64,000 bases of DNA from Chrysomallon squamiferum. Taxonomy: Eukaryota; Animalia; Mollusca. The stretch is taken from NCBI GenBank assembly GCA_012295275.1, contig CM022677.1:2914001-2978000 (forward strand). Direction: 5' to 3'. This document shows positions 38,283-53,639 of the stretch, one piece after another. The translations under genes and the position numbers were made by a program. The notes under the pieces were generated by a model that was not told where the DNA came from, did not search any database, and was given only the letters and a program-made list of their open reading frames with translations. The first letter of the stretch is position 1. Each line of letters begins with the position of its first letter.

Positions 38283-40998
38283 AAAACAAAATAAAAATAT
38301 TTACTATTTTATTTAACTTTAAAACATTCAGTTTTAACAACCTGTGTAAAAGGCAATTACATAAGCCTAATATAATTATATATACAAAACGTGTACTGAC
38401 TCAACTGCTCTGAAAGAACTGAAATTACATGATATGAAAAGTATGTACAAGGAGATGACTCTTATAGTTATATGTAGTTTTGTCTAACATTAATTAAATT
38501 ACATTATTAATGTATTTCTTTTCTTTTAATTTCTTTACTACTCTTTCTTATTCATTCATTCTTTCTTTCCTTCTTTCTTTCTTTCTTTCTTCGTTTCTAA
38601 CTACAAAAGCAATATTTAACATTAATTTCCTTTCTTTTACTTTTATTATTATTTTAGTAAAACGAGAAAAATTTGTTTGAGTTATAATTTTGCTAAATCA
38701 AATTATTCAGTACATAAATATGATAAACTGATATTATTTATTTTGACTTGCTGTTGAAATTGATTTTTGTTTATCGGAATCACTCCATGTTACTTATTTA
38801 AAATTTGTTTGAAATCGAATTTCAGTAAATGTTTCTATAAGGATTCTTTTACGTTATATTTGTCGGTATTCGTAAGAAGATTGTAGTCACTGCAAATATA
38901 AAGGTTTGAAGGTATATTTAAATAAACTAGTAAATAAATAAATGCATAATGAAAGAAATAAAGAAACAAAGAAACAAAAAAAAGAAAGAAAGAAAGACAG
39001 AAAGAAAGATAGAAAAGCAAACTGTGAAACAAACAACAACCCAACAAACAAATAAACATACAAATAAATAAATATGAAATAAAAGTAAGTAAACAAATTT
39101 AAAAAAAGAAGTAATTTATTAATTATATGACAATACAAAACTAAAAAAAAAATATTAAGAAAATGAAAAAAGAAATTGAAATCATAATAAAAAAATAAAA
39201 AATAAAAAAAGGAAAAATATCCCCACAGAAATCTTTAAATATATATATTTTTTCTTTCTTATATACCTTAAAAGGGCCCCAGGCAATCGATTTCTTTTTG
39301 CAAAACCGTGATTGAACTCTTTTTAGTTTTAATGGAATTTTTTAGGCGGGGCCGCACTATGTATTGGACCGTGTACTGCTTACATTAGACCCCCTGTTTT
39401 GGATCAAGCTTGACGGATCGTAAATCGATGGCTTTGTGAATGCCGTAATGTTCTTCACAGCTGTTTTGTGATCCAAGAAATTCGCTTTTTAACCATGGCA
39501 ATAAGACCGAGAGCCGGCCGAGTAGAACAGAATATCGGCCATTTTGACAGGAACCAAAACAGAAATTTAAATGTGTGCTCTTTCGATATGAAACATCAAT
39601 GATTGAATAAAAAGAAAAAAAGAAAAAAGAAATCACGAAATCTACATTCTTGAACGCATGGATGATTCGTGTGTGGGAATATTAATTAATTAATCAGTTC
39701 TTTTCTCGTTTCTGTTGTAAATAACGGAATGTTAAGGTGACATGTTTATGTTCGTGTGTTTCCGTGAGTTTTCTTTAGTTTCGCAAATAACTAGTATATC
39801 AAATGAACACCTTAATTCTTGACTTGTGAAAGAGAAAGAGCAAATGTTTGAATAACTAAAAATGGAGATATAAAAACCTTTTTTTGTTGTTTGCAGTTAA
39901 CGGTAAAGAAAGAAAGAAAGAAAAATAATAATTTTTTTCTCTTTCACTTTTTCTTTGTCTCTCTCTCTGTTTTTCTCTCTCTCAATACCTCTTGCTCTTA
40001 CACACACACACATTTTTTTCTTTTTCTTTTTTTTCCTTTTATTTACACTCAAATTGAAATTTATATACGATAAATATATAAATCGTTGTAAAAGAAACAG
40101 GGAGAAAGAAAAAAAATTAAAAGATGATACCATTATTTTTTATTGCTGTAATTTTTTTAAAACTTTTTGTTGAATTACTTGATGTATCAGCGAAATTATG
40201 ATTCAGAATTTCTGACTGTTTTGAAATGAATACATTATTATAATTTATATACGTGTTTAATTTTGTGTGAGTGTGTCTGTTAATGTATATATGCATGTCA
40301 TGTATATATAATGTGAATCTGTATTGAAATAATATGTTATTTTGTCCTTTATTTATATATTTATATATAAATAAGAGCAATTATGCAGCATGCACTGCAT
40401 CCCCCTCAACCACCCACCTACGCAGAACCTTCAACAACACAGTGACAATACTTCAGACACGTAACTGTACTCACACACACGCACGCACACAAAGCCACAT
40501 GCTAACAGTAAACCATTTTGTTAGAGACCCTCGCGAATTCATCCAAGCTATGCACATTTTATATCAGCACAGTAATTAATATATAATTACCTCTGACCAT
40601 CACTCGAAATGTGTAAACAGTTAAAGAGAATGACCATTCAAGGGGAAACAATCCAGTACAGTTTATTAACATGACAAAACGAAAAACCTACACGACAGCT
40701 TTGTACGCAGGAAAAGGAACGATAACCGAAAAGAAAATGTCTACTTTGCCTGAGTCTCGTAGTAAATTTTCCAGTCGAGATGATTATTTATCGATGAAAG
40801 CGTTGTGCTGATAACAGACCAGTAATTATAACACATAATGATTGATTCTAGGTTCGAGATGATTATTTATCAAAAATAACAGACCAGTAATAAATAATTA
40901 TTTTCTTTCTATTAAAAATTAAAAAGGTACTTAGTAGTTTGTTTTTGTCTTTCACTTAATTATCTTGTTTGTTGTAAATTTTACAGAAAATGTTTTTT

Positions 40999-41036
<38 letters not shown>

Positions 41037-41454
41037 ACAAAGTCATTTAGTTTATTTTATTTTTTATTCATTTGTTCATTAAAAGCATTTATACTTAAAG
41101 ATTTATTATTACTATTTAGATTAGTTTGTTTATCAGAACATTTTATTCTATATTTTATAATTTCTGTACAGTATAATTTAAAACACTATATAGGTATTTT
41201 GTTTATTTATGTTTTCAAATTGTATTTTTATTTATTCTCTGTTTATTTTACTTTATTTTACAACTCTTAAAATATAGTACATAACTTTTGACATTACATT
41301 TACAGATTATTAATTTTATTTTATATGAAATTATTGCATTTACTTAAATATATTTCATTTAATTATTTTTCATTTATCAGTATATTATATATTCATTTAT
41401 TTATTCTTTTTTATTCCTATTAATAACATTGTTTAGTGTGTCAGTTTGGGAAAT

Positions 41455-42370
41455 TAATAATTAAAAATAAATAAATAAGAGAAAATATGCTAAAAACAAA
41501 TTAAAAATTAAAAAAAAATAAATTATTATTAAAAAACCAAAATTTAAATTTTTAAGAGAAAAATTAATAAAACAAACAAAAATTAAAATAAATAAATGAG
41601 AAAATTTGGGAAAACAAATTAAAAATTAAAAATAAATAAATAAGAGAAAATATGCTAAAAACAAATTAAAAATAAAAATAAATAAAAAGAGAAAATATGC
41701 TAAAAACAAATTAAAATTAAAAAAAATAAATAAAAGAAAAAAAATCAAAAAAAAAAAATTTTTTTAAAATCATTTTAACAAATTTTTTAAAATAAAATAA
41801 GAGAAAATAAAAAATCAAATTAAAATTAAAATAAATAAATAAGAAAATATGTTCAAATTAATTTTAAAATAAATAAGAAAATTTGCTTGAAACAAATTAA
41901 AAATTTAAATAAAATAAGAGAAAATATGCTAAAAAAAATTTTTTTAAAAATAAATAAATAAGAGAAAATATGCTTTTAAAAATAAAAATAAATAAATAAG
42001 AGAAAATATGCTAAAAATCCGAAAAAAAAAAATCTTCCATAAGAGAAAATATGCTAAAAACAAATTAATAAGAAAAAAATAAATAAATAAGAAAAATATT
42101 TTTTTAAACAAATTAATAAAAAAATAAATAAATAAGAGAAAATATGTTAAAAAACAAATTTCTTTTAAAAAAAAGAATGTTCTGAGAAAATTTGTAAAAA
42201 AAATTAAAAATAAATAAATAAGATCCGAATATGCTTTGAAATTAAAATCAAAAAATTTATATATGTATTGAATGTGAAAAATAATAACGCTAAAAAAAAA
42301 TGAAAATTTGTAAAAAAATAAATAAGAGAAAACACTAAAACAAATTAAGATTTAAAAATAAATAAATAAG
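41455..42370. repeat. Degenerate A-rich ~40-bp tandem repeat (aaataaataagagaaaatatgctaaaaacaaattaa)
   Basis: Recurrent core gagaaaatatgctaaaaa. Confidence 0.8.
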
Positions 42371-45262
42371 ATATGTGTCTGTGAGATCTAACATCTAGAT
42401 AAACATTCAGAACACTCAGACAGACAGACAGACGCACTAACAGACACACAGACAGACAGACAGGCACACACAGACACACAGACACGCTGATAAACAGAGA
42501 TAATTCACACACGTTACACTGACTGTGCAATAACAGTCACCACTGCTTGTAATAACATCAACTACAACTGTAAAGATGGCAACGATGACGACCCTGATGA
42601 CGATGATGCAGTTTACTGTGAGATGATTTGATAAGGGATGTCTTTATGGTGCTGCTGCTGATGATGTTGATTGTTGCGACATCATTGTTTTGACCATAAC
42701 TTCGTAGTGCGATGCTGGTAATTAGGTGGATGCTGGCGCCATTTTTAACTTTTAACCTACAGCAATATCTTCTGTGTGGAGGAGTTTATTACATTTTTTT
42801 CCCAATCTAACTCACATAGTACAAACTTCTGTAAACGAAACATGCAGACTTTTAGCAATAACATTTTATTTTTTCTAAAACTTTTATTTTGACTTATTTT
42901 CTCGTTCTAACCTCATAGAAAGAACTATAAGCATTACTATTAGTTTAACAAAAAACAAAATACAAATGATTTTAGCTTCTTTTCCCCTGTTTCTGTGTTA
43001 TAAATAGTACAGATTAATATGTAATTAATTATTTTTCATAATGTTATTATTATTTCATTTAACTTAATTTCGTATTCCGGCTATTTCCGTTAATGAATCA
43101 AATTTTAATATATTTTATTCTCTAATTTTCCTGTTGTTTAACCATAACAAACCTCACAAAAGACTCCACAAATAAAAAAAATAAAAAGAGAAAAGTATAT
43201 ATATATATTTATTTATAAAATTATGACATCACATTATTATTATTTTTTTTTTCACTATTACTTATTCTTCTCTCATTCATCCAGTATTTTATATACAATA
43301 ATGCTTTCATCACTTCATTATTTTTATTATATCAGTTTTACGTTATAGTGTATTTCATTATAAAATGACTGTTTCAAGTATTAAGCTCTGCTCGTTTAGT
43401 TAACTCTTTAAACCCGTTAAACCTGGGTAGCTGCGACTTAGAGATCAAACTATCACAACATCGTGTGTGTTTACGTAAAAGCTAATCAGACTGTTTTGTA
43501 AACAAAGACAACACATACCACCACCTTGCCTGACAGATTTCTTCCAACAAAAAAAACATCAAAGCACTTCTGTTTATTTATTTATATATATTTTTCATTT
43601 TTAATTTTGTTTTTGTAAAAGATTTATGATTTGTGTCTGGTTTTTTACTTTTTTTTTTTTTTTATGAATGTATCTAAATGTGATCTGTATTTTGAAATGT
43701 ACATTTTTCTTTTCATGTTTGTTTTGTTGTAGAAATGTACATTTTGTATTACAGTATACATTATTGTCCCCACATATATCTTTTCTTTCCTTTTTTCTTT
43801 CTTTCATTCTTTTTAATTTTATAGAAATAAATACAAATAATGAAATGTATTTTACCTCCATTCTTACTTATCTTTTTCTTGAAATGTGTCCATATATTAA
43901 AATGTACATTGCTTTGTAACAATTATTTATTTTTTCCCATTCATTTTTTTTTTTTTTCTTTTTCTCTTTTCACACATTCATCTAAATAATGAATTCATAC
44001 AATCTATTTCTGGGTTCATTTTCTTTTGGAAATGCAAATATTGAAATGTAAATTGCTTTTCCATATTTATCTTCTTTTCAGAAATTCACTGACATATTGA
44101 AATGTTCACTGTTTTTGTGTATTTCTCTTCTTTTGCAGACAGATTAGTATTACCTTGAACAATAGAAACATCACTCACTAAATAACATATAATATAAATA
44201 AATAAATACATAATTAAATAAATATGAATAAATGAAGAAAAGTAAGTAAATAAATAAGAAAATGAATAAATAAACTATATTAAAATAAAATAAAAAACAA
44301 ATAAAATAATAAATAAGTAAATAAATAAATAAATAAAATATAATAATATAAAATAAACAAATATAATAAAATAATAAAAATAAATAATAGATAAATAAAT
44401 AAAATAAAATAAATAAAAAACTAACTAAATAAAATAAAATAAAATAAAATAAAATAAAATGGAAATAAAACAAAATAAAATAAATTAAAAATTAAATAAA
44501 TAAAATAAACACCATGCAGTGCATTACAACACATCACAACACAACACAACACATTAAAAGTAAAAAAAAAAAAAAAAGATTTAAAAAAAACCCCAAAACA
44601 ACAAAGACGTAAAAGAATGAACAGTCGCGACCGCACAACAGAAACAAATCAAGTCTGTCGTAACTGACTGTCTAAACGATTGTTTCGTTGCTCTCATTTG
44701 GCTCGCGCAGAAATCCCGGGGGGCTACCACGTTGGCATTTGTCGCCACGCTGTAACCGGAGTTAGCAGGAAATTAACACTTGCTCCCTCCCCCCAGTCGG
44801 AGATAATCTTGTAAATTTCACGGACATGTGTAAAACTTCGTGACGTTATATATAAAAATTTGTCGTTACTTTGAGATCGCTTGTTTGTTTGCAGCTTTAG
44901 CCTGAAGCGCGGTTGGTCTTAGGATCGACTCTTCTTCAGGTGTGCTCTGTCCACGAATCACGTTTCCTTGTTGTTGGTGTATGAAGCTCATTGTTTGTTA
45001 TGTGGTTTCCTGTCTGTTTGAAAATATAAAATATTTTTATTTGGTGTGTGCTGGTGGTATAATGTTTCCTCTTTCATATCATCATTATATAAAAACAACC
45101 CCAAAACCCCCAAAACAATAACTCCCTTACAAAAAAACAAACAAACAAAAAACTAAATAAAATAAATAAACATACCATATGCGTGTGTGTGTGCGTGCGT
45201 GTGTTTGTGTGTGTGTGTTTATCTGCATTCTACCATGAATGGATGTGGGTATCCTCTCTGTC

Positions 45263-45295
<33 letters not shown>

Positions 45296-46298
45296 GTACC
45301 TAATGTTATCTTGAATACAACAAAGGTTAAAGAGGATTTATTTTAAGAAGTGTTTTATCTGGGTCAGTCACGCGGTCAGCAGATTGTTGGAGAGAGAAAT
45401 ATTTGATGTCAGGTCTGCACTCTTATTAAATCACTGAATTGTCAGAAAATTAGTTACAACAGGGACATTTTACTATTAGACATTCTGATTATTTTCTGTT
45501 GTCGCATAAACCACATAGACACGAATATTACTTTTCTTATAAACAGTAACATTCAACTATGTTCATGATGTTTTCGCAGTGTGTAATAATTTTAGAATCT
45601 GGAAGAGGGGGAAGAGATAACGGCTGCTTGACTACAACACACACACACACATGCACACACACACACACGCACTTATACACACATACATATATACAGCAAT
45701 ACATACAAACATGTGTGCATGTGTGTGTGTTTGCAAACTCATATTAAAATGACACGTACATATACATACATGTATACATGCAAGTAAAAAAATATATTGT
45801 GTGTGTGCGTGCGCATTTGATTTAATATGAATTCTTAGGTTCAGTAAAGTAAATCGCTGTCAAGATATATGTAAGATAAAAATCACAAACGCACTGATTT
45901 GACCCGAAGTAAAAAAACGTCGACTGCTAGCTTATGATTCTAATTTACCTTAGAAAATGAAAATAAATAAATAAATAGACAGAGATATATAATTTGTTTA
46001 AAAGCAGATCGACTGTTATCATAATAATCATAATAATAATAATAATAATAATACCAGTAATAAAAAAAATCAAGAAGTAATAAATAAGTAAGGAAAATAT
46101 ATTTTAATTTTTAACTTTTTACATTTCTTTTGTATACATACATGACACAAATGGCAGTTTCTCAGAAGCGAAAGGTTTTTAAAAGTTACATACTGAAATT
46201 GCATTCATGTTAAAAGGAAGATCAGAAGATTACATAGATGCTGATATTGGGTCAGTCTTCAGTCTAAAAATCAAACCAGTGACCTCATTTGTAAAATT

Positions 46299-46356
<58 letters not shown>

Positions 46357-47163
46357 TAAGAGTATAACTATAGCTACTAATATTTTCATTAATTTTGTAA
46401 ATAATATTTTTATCAATTTATATTGTAATCGTGTCAAGATAAAATTGTGTGTGTGTGCAAGTGTGTGTGTGTGTGTGTGTGAATCTGTATAGAATATTTC
46501 TCTCTGCAGTAAATCTTTTTTTAATTTTAGGCAAAAGAAACAAAACGGTGTGAAATAAAAATAAAAATAAGACATGAATTAAAATGTAATAGAATGAAAT
46601 GAAATAAAATAAAATAAAAAATACATTAAAATGTAATAAAATAAAATAAAAAAATAAATGAAATGAAATGAAATAAAATAATAATAATAATAATAATAAT
46701 TTAAAATAAATAAAATAAAATGAAATTAAATCATTTATGTTTATAAGTTTGTGCCTTGGTAAACTGTCCATTCAGAATTTGAGTTTAATAAAAATTCCAG
46801 AAATTATATCATTGATTAAGAATATGTTTTCTTGTTGACTACAATATTTTTATAAATAATTCCCGTTCCAAGAGAACTCCTCATAAGACTGGACAACATT
46901 TTTTACTGATTAATGTAACTGGTTTCCTCTCTAGCAAGTAGGGTTATATACTGTTTTCAATTTGAAATTTTCTTTCTTGTTTATTTATTATTTTAATTCT
47001 TTTTATTTATTTTTATTTACGTATTTATTTGTTTTTATTAATACAATTATTTATTTTCTTATAATTTATTTTTATTTATTTATTTATTTATTGATCTATT
47101 TTATTATATTTTATTTTATTTTATTTATTTAATTTCTTTAAATTATAATTTCTATTTTTTTAA

Positions 47164-47220
<57 letters not shown>

Positions 47221-47549
47221 CAATTTGTTTGTTACAATACCATTCATAAAACTAGTGTTTAACCGAGTATCAGTTTATCTGATAAATATCTGTGTCTGGC
47301 AGAGTCTTTAGACCAAACAAACTTGTAAAAAATATTAATATAATCTTTGGTTCTCTTCATAATTGAAAACATTAACATAATAATTTTAATATCTATCAGT
47401 AGTTTAAGATAAAAATGATAATACTGTGGAATATTACAGCTGTTGTTAATGTTGTTGCTGGGGCTTTTTTATTACTGTTGTTGTTGTTGTTGTTATTATT
47501 ATTATTATGTTGTTGTTGTTGCTTTTTATTATTATTATTATTATTGCTG

Positions 47550-47604
<55 letters not shown>

Positions 47605-47844
47605 AAGTCCTTTAGATATTTTCAGTGAAAGAAAGCCTATTATTCTTATAATTTTCAGTTAATAAATACAATTTTAGCAATTGTTACCTATTTATTGGTT
47701 TATTTAAATTGTTTAGATGTTACTTTGTGTTTTGTAGTGCTGGAACACCCCATATCTTCCCACAGTTTATCTAAATTGTTTAGATGTTACTTTGTGTTTT
47801 GTAGTGCTGGAACACCCCATATCTTCCGACAGTTTATCTTCCCG

Positions 47845-48264
47845 TAACTGAAGAAAGGTCATGCCATCTCTCTGCTGAACTAATTGTTTTAGTTCTTTCT
47901 TCAGATTCTCACATTTTCAGAAAATAGCTGTGTTTTCCTGTACACTCTATCTAATAATTCAGACAAACAGTAAGAGAATTCTGTCAATGATTTGCCTTCC
48001 TTCTGTGATCGATCAAAAAATAACTTCTGAAGTTCATGCCACTGATTATCTGTCTTCAGAACTCTTATGCAGAACATTCCAAACCACTTCAGGATTCTCT
48101 TGGTCTTGTTGTGACCTCAACCTAATTTCTTCTTTCGCTTCACCTTCTTTCACTCAAGTGAGCTGATATAAAACTAGCCTGCCCCTTTTCTGCAAGGCTC
48201 TGATGTAGAAATGTCCTTTCTACCTGATCCTGGAAATCTCTAAATTTGAGGCCATTGTCTGACC
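47845..48264 (-). mobile_element. Paralogous Gypsy gag fragment, truncated by a deletion
   Basis: Near-identical to 7045-7461. Confidence 0.62.
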
Positions 48265-48678
48265 TCACACAAAAACAACACAAGTTCCTTTTCAATTACA
48301 TCTTTATTTCCTCTGCCTATTTATACTTCATGATATAAATAACAATATAATCTTATACAAGTATAGTAATCATAATGCAGAGAATTGTCTCAAACATCTT
48401 TCTCCCTTGCCAGATATTCTCTCTACTCTCTTGAACTCTCTTTCACCACAGTCACACAGATAACATTTCACACCACTGACCAATACTAGCAGACCATTAC
48501 TGTCCTGGGTTCCTTAAGAAAGCACCAGTGTCAGTGTTTACCCTATATTAACATCCCAGGTGTCTTGGAGGAATTTCCCAAGTACTTTACATCTAAACAA
48601 CCAGAAATAAACCTCAAACATGTTAATGGTGTTGATGTATCTTTAAATTGTGCTTTTAGTTCAGTCCCTCACAATAAC

Positions 48679-48718
<40 letters not shown>

Positions 48719-49012
48719 GCTAACATAGTAGGATAGTGATAATAAAAGCTAATGTAGTAATGAGTTATCATAGCTGTAGTTGTAGTAGGTAGTAGTAGCA
48801 GCAGTAGTAATAACTAGTTTAGTAATAGTAGTAGTAGCAGCAGTATTAATAATAATAACTAGTTTAGTAATAGTAGCAGTAGTAGTATTAATAATAATAG
48901 TAGCTATGTAGTTTTAATAGAGGTGCAGTAGGAACAGTTCCTGCTTCCTCACATTTTAAATTTGAAATTCTAGTTTTTTAAACATTTTTTTATTAATATT
49001 TTTTCCTATCAG

Positions 49013-50415
49013 GGAAGGAGAGACTGTTGTCAGTGTTATCAGTTGTTGGGAAGTCATCACCATTGACAACATTGTATCTTAACAACCAGAAGAAAAACAT
49101 AAAAGAAAATGAAATGGAAGAACTTTTCACAAAGGTGGCTCCTGCCATTGGTAATAAATAAATTAATTTTAAAAAATAGAACAATAAAAATAATAAAAAA
49201 GAATCAATAATAAATAAATAAATAGCCTAAACCTAATCCTCACCCTCGTCCTAACCCTAACACTAGTCCTAACACTAGTCCTAACACTAGTCCTTACCCT
49301 AACTCTAACCTAAGCTAATCCAATGGTAAAAATAAGAAAAAATAAGGAATACTAAGTAAAAGGGTTTATTCTTGTTAATGCTGTTGATCTGTTGATTTCT
49401 TTTTAAATTATTTATATAAACTTAATTAATTTCAAGGTCTCACTGTCAAGAAGTAAGGGGAGAAAACTGAATCATCTTGAATTGTCTCCCTTCAGTTGCA
49501 GACAGCTGCCTGATTAAACTGACAGCACCTGGAGGACATCCTGGTAAACAGTAGTGGTGGTAGTAGTAGTAGTAGTAGTAGCAGTACTAACAGTAGTTGT
49601 TTTTAGAGAAATGATAAATGTAACAAGAAGAGTAGTGTAACAGCAGCAATAGTAGTAGTAACAGTAGTCATAGTTGTTGTTGTTGTAGTAATTATACTGA
49701 TATTAGTATAAAGAATCAGGCATAGGACTAATAGTGAAAAAATAACAGTAACCCTACCTGAATAAGGAATAATAGTAAATATTAGTTATAGTAATGATGG
49801 TAATAAAAGTAGCATGTGATGATGCAGTAAATGTAGTAGTAGTAGCAGTGTTTTATTTATTGTATGTTTTTTACTGTATTTTATTTATTGTATGTTTTTT
49901 ACTGTATTTTATTTATTTTATATTTTTTACTGTATTTTATTTATTGTATGTTTTTTACTGTATTTTATTTATTTTATATTTTTTACTGTATTTTATTTAT
50001 TGTATGTTTTTTACTGTATTTTATTTATTTTATATTTTTTACTGTATTTTATTTATTTTATATTTTTTACTGTATTTTATTTATTTTATATTTTTTACTG
50101 TATTTTATTTATTTTATATTTTTTACTGTATTTTATTTATGTATTTACTCAAACTAGGCAATCACCCACCAGTGTGACTCTGACTCGGAGCTGTTGAAAG
50201 GTCTGCTGATGAAGAGCTCAATTTTGGTGTCCTGGACATTGAAGCTGACCTCATCAACAATTCTTAAGTTGGAGAGTCTTACACCAGGTCACCAATCTCA
50301 ACAGTCAAATATCAGGAAGAAAAAACTTGAAAAACTTGAACTGCTAAAACCAGCCAAAGAAAGACATGTGCGTGACAGTGGCAAAGACAAAAGCCTGGAA
50401 GTTGGGATGCAGGTG
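49013..50415 (+). pseudogene. Paralogous copy of the unidentified spliced pseudogene
   Basis: Same exons and the same TGA stops as 9448-10600. Confidence 0.48.
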
Positions 50416-51575
50416 ACTTAGTAACTTCCATTAGCATTGTTTTATTTCTTTTTAGCTTACATTTGTCTTACATTTGTACTAGCAGTAATCAAAACGGTTT
50501 TGTTTTTAACTCACAAACATTTGACTAAATGGTTTAAGGTGTTGAGGTGTGTGTGAAATCAGTTCATAAACAAAAACAGATCTATGTTAATTTTGTTGAT
50601 GGTGCTTCTGAATGAAAAATTCTTCTTTAGCTTTAATTATGTGATTCAAATTCAGCTTTATTTTAGACATATTTAAAATATTTATATTTAATTTTTAATT
50701 TAATTTTTAATATTTACTTTATTCAAAACTTCTCTGCATGTATGTCACAACATTTACTAGTAGTAGTAATTACTTTAGATTTGGATTAAAGGCCTTTCTT
50801 TAATTTTTATTTATGAATTTGTTTTTGTTTATGAGCCGGGATGCCTGCCAAAACAGTCTGCTAGATCATTGTAGAAGTTCAAGATGAAAGAGGAAATAAA
50901 AGAGAGAAATGTACTCAGTGAATACAGATATAACAAACTGTAAGCTGGAAACCATTTTGAGTTTATTGTGGCTAATCCAGCTTTACTTCCAAAATTGCTA
51001 AATTATTAATCTTGTTTTGAAAACATAATTGTGCAAACTGAAAATAAATCTCTTTCTGGTTTTGTAGGCAATTATGACAAAAATGACCTGAAGATGACAA
51101 ATTCTTCTGATACTCTTACTAGCCAGTCAGAGCAAGTCAATAAAAGAGAAACATATTCTGAAGTAAGTGGTATTGATATGTTTTATAATAATAAATAATA
51201 GTAATGTGTTTAAGTACATATGTACATATGAATGCAGGGCTTGTAATGGCCAGTCACCAAATGCTGTGACTGGGATGTTAAAGATATAATGGATTAATTG
51301 CCAAAAAAATAGTATTTGTGTGACCTTTTTTTTTTCTATAAGATATAAAACAAGAGCCACTGTTAATAATTTTATGCAAATATGTATTTCACATGAAATT
51401 TATCATAATTCGATAAACTGGACGTATTGGCTTACAAATTCCTCTGATGATTAGCCAACATCTGTTTGTACTAATTTTATAGACTGGATTTGTTTGTAGT
51501 TAACTGTAGTCTTGATAAACAAATCCATGAGTAGCGCTGACCCAATATCATAAAACTGACTGTGACCATTCACTT

Positions 51576-51826
51576 CATCTCAGCCGAATACACAGACATA
51601 TCTGAACTGTCATCTCAGCTGAATACACAGACATATCTGAACTGTCATCTCAGCCGAATACACAGACATATCTGAACTGTCATCTCAGCCGAATACACAG
51701 ACATATCTGAACTGTCATCTCAGCTGAATACACAGACATATCTGAACTGTCATCTCAGCTGAATACACAGACATATCTGAACTGTCATCTCAGCCGAATA
51801 CACAGACATATCTGAACTGTCATCTT
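51576..51826. repeat. 35-bp minisatellite, copy B
   Basis: Same unit, about 7 copies. Confidence 0.95.
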
Positions 51827-52146
51827 AGCTTGTGTTGTCTGCTTCATGGCGTTCTGATTTCTGCATTTTTCTCTTTGAATTGATTTGTGTGATTGGTTTG
51901 TTAAAAAGCATTAGACAAAGTACAATTTCAATATGTTGGTATAAGTGACTCTGAAGAATATTTTAAAATCTTATTTCAAAAGTTAATGATCAGTACATGT
52001 TTTCCTTTACTTATAAGCTGAAATATGAATATGTTTTGTTAGGGCTACCAAAAACAAATTAGTGCCACCGAATGTTTTACAGATGAGTTTTGAGCCTTGC
52101 ATTTATTTATGTATGTATTAATGTACGTGTGTGTGTGTGTGTGTGT

Positions 52147-52190
<44 letters not shown>

Positions 52191-53639
52191 CACTGGTAAA
52201 ATATTGTATAGCAATTAAATATATGGGTGGAAAAACAGTGAATCATATAAACAATGCTGTGCTTTAGAAATCATTTGTAAGTGACATCCAAACCATTTGG
52301 TTATTATCTCCCATGAAGAAACAGCACAATGCACAGCTGCTTCCTAGTGGAAAGGTGGGTTATTACACTGTTAATTTAATAGAATATAAACCAAAATCTA
52401 TTTGTAAAATATTTTATCTGCAGATTTTAAACCTAGGCTGTTTATTTAACAATCAAGCTAATTGATTTTGAGCAAACAATAAACAACAATACCAACAGCA
52501 ACAAAATAATAAAATGCCAAGAATAAACAAAGCAATAATATAACAAAATTAATAAGTTAAGTTAAATAAAAATTAAAATGGGAAATAAAAAATGTCTATC
52601 TAGCAAATAATGTAGCATTCTCTTCATTTTGTTCCTAGTCTGGGATAGGTAAAATATAGAGTTGTTAAGCCATGAAATCTAATATTAAGTTCAGTTGATA
52701 GGTTGAGAAAATTCTCTGATATACTCATTTGTATCTACCATTTTCCTAGTATAGTGGAAAAAAAAAAACACAAATTATGACTGAGAAAATGAATCTTCAC
52801 ATGTTAAAACTTGAACTTACTGTAACTGTTATCAGACATTTACTGTTTGAAAAGTAAACATAAATAATGTAATTACAATATGTTTGTTTATGTTCTTTGG
52901 TCTGGTTACATGATCATCCTATCATTACATACTAAGTAGATCGGATTGTAATGGTGTACAGTTTGTAATAGTCTGGATGATTTGAACTAATAGTAAAGCC
53001 CAGCACACTCTCCTGCAATGGAAACTTATTGTAAATAATCTAAAAAGGAGCAGTGTTTCTCTCTCTCTCGGCAGGACAGTATCTCTTTCATGATGCGCTG
53101 ATAACTGCAATGAGTCTTTATGTACATATACCCTCCCAGTTTATATTGCAGTATGTTTTTGTTTGTTATTTTAAATTATGTTTTCATTTTTATTTTTAAG
53201 AAAAAGCTGTCTTGTTCAGTTTCACATTCCAAACAGCCCACTCCAGCCAGAACCAGTTTACTTCCTTGTGTCAAGAAAATGTGGAATTTTTAAAATATGT
53301 TCTGAAGTTCTGTGTCAGCAAATCTATCAGCTGGTGAGTCAGTTAATCTATTAATTAATTAATCTATTTATTTGTTTTGTGTTGATGTATTTTCTTTTTG
53401 TTTTGTTTGTTATTGTGTATGCTGTTTATTTGTTTATTTTGTGTTTGAATTTGATTGTGTTTAGATTGGTGGAGTAGCTGATTCTGAGTCTGGCAATGTT
53501 GTTGTTATGTAGTTTTTTACTAAAATGATTTTGAGTTTTGATGATGAAAGGTGTAACTAATATTGATTTTATTTCTTTACTAGTTGCTGGTTGCAACATT
53601 CTGCCACTCCAGTCTCCATTTCAATATGGCTGACTGTTG

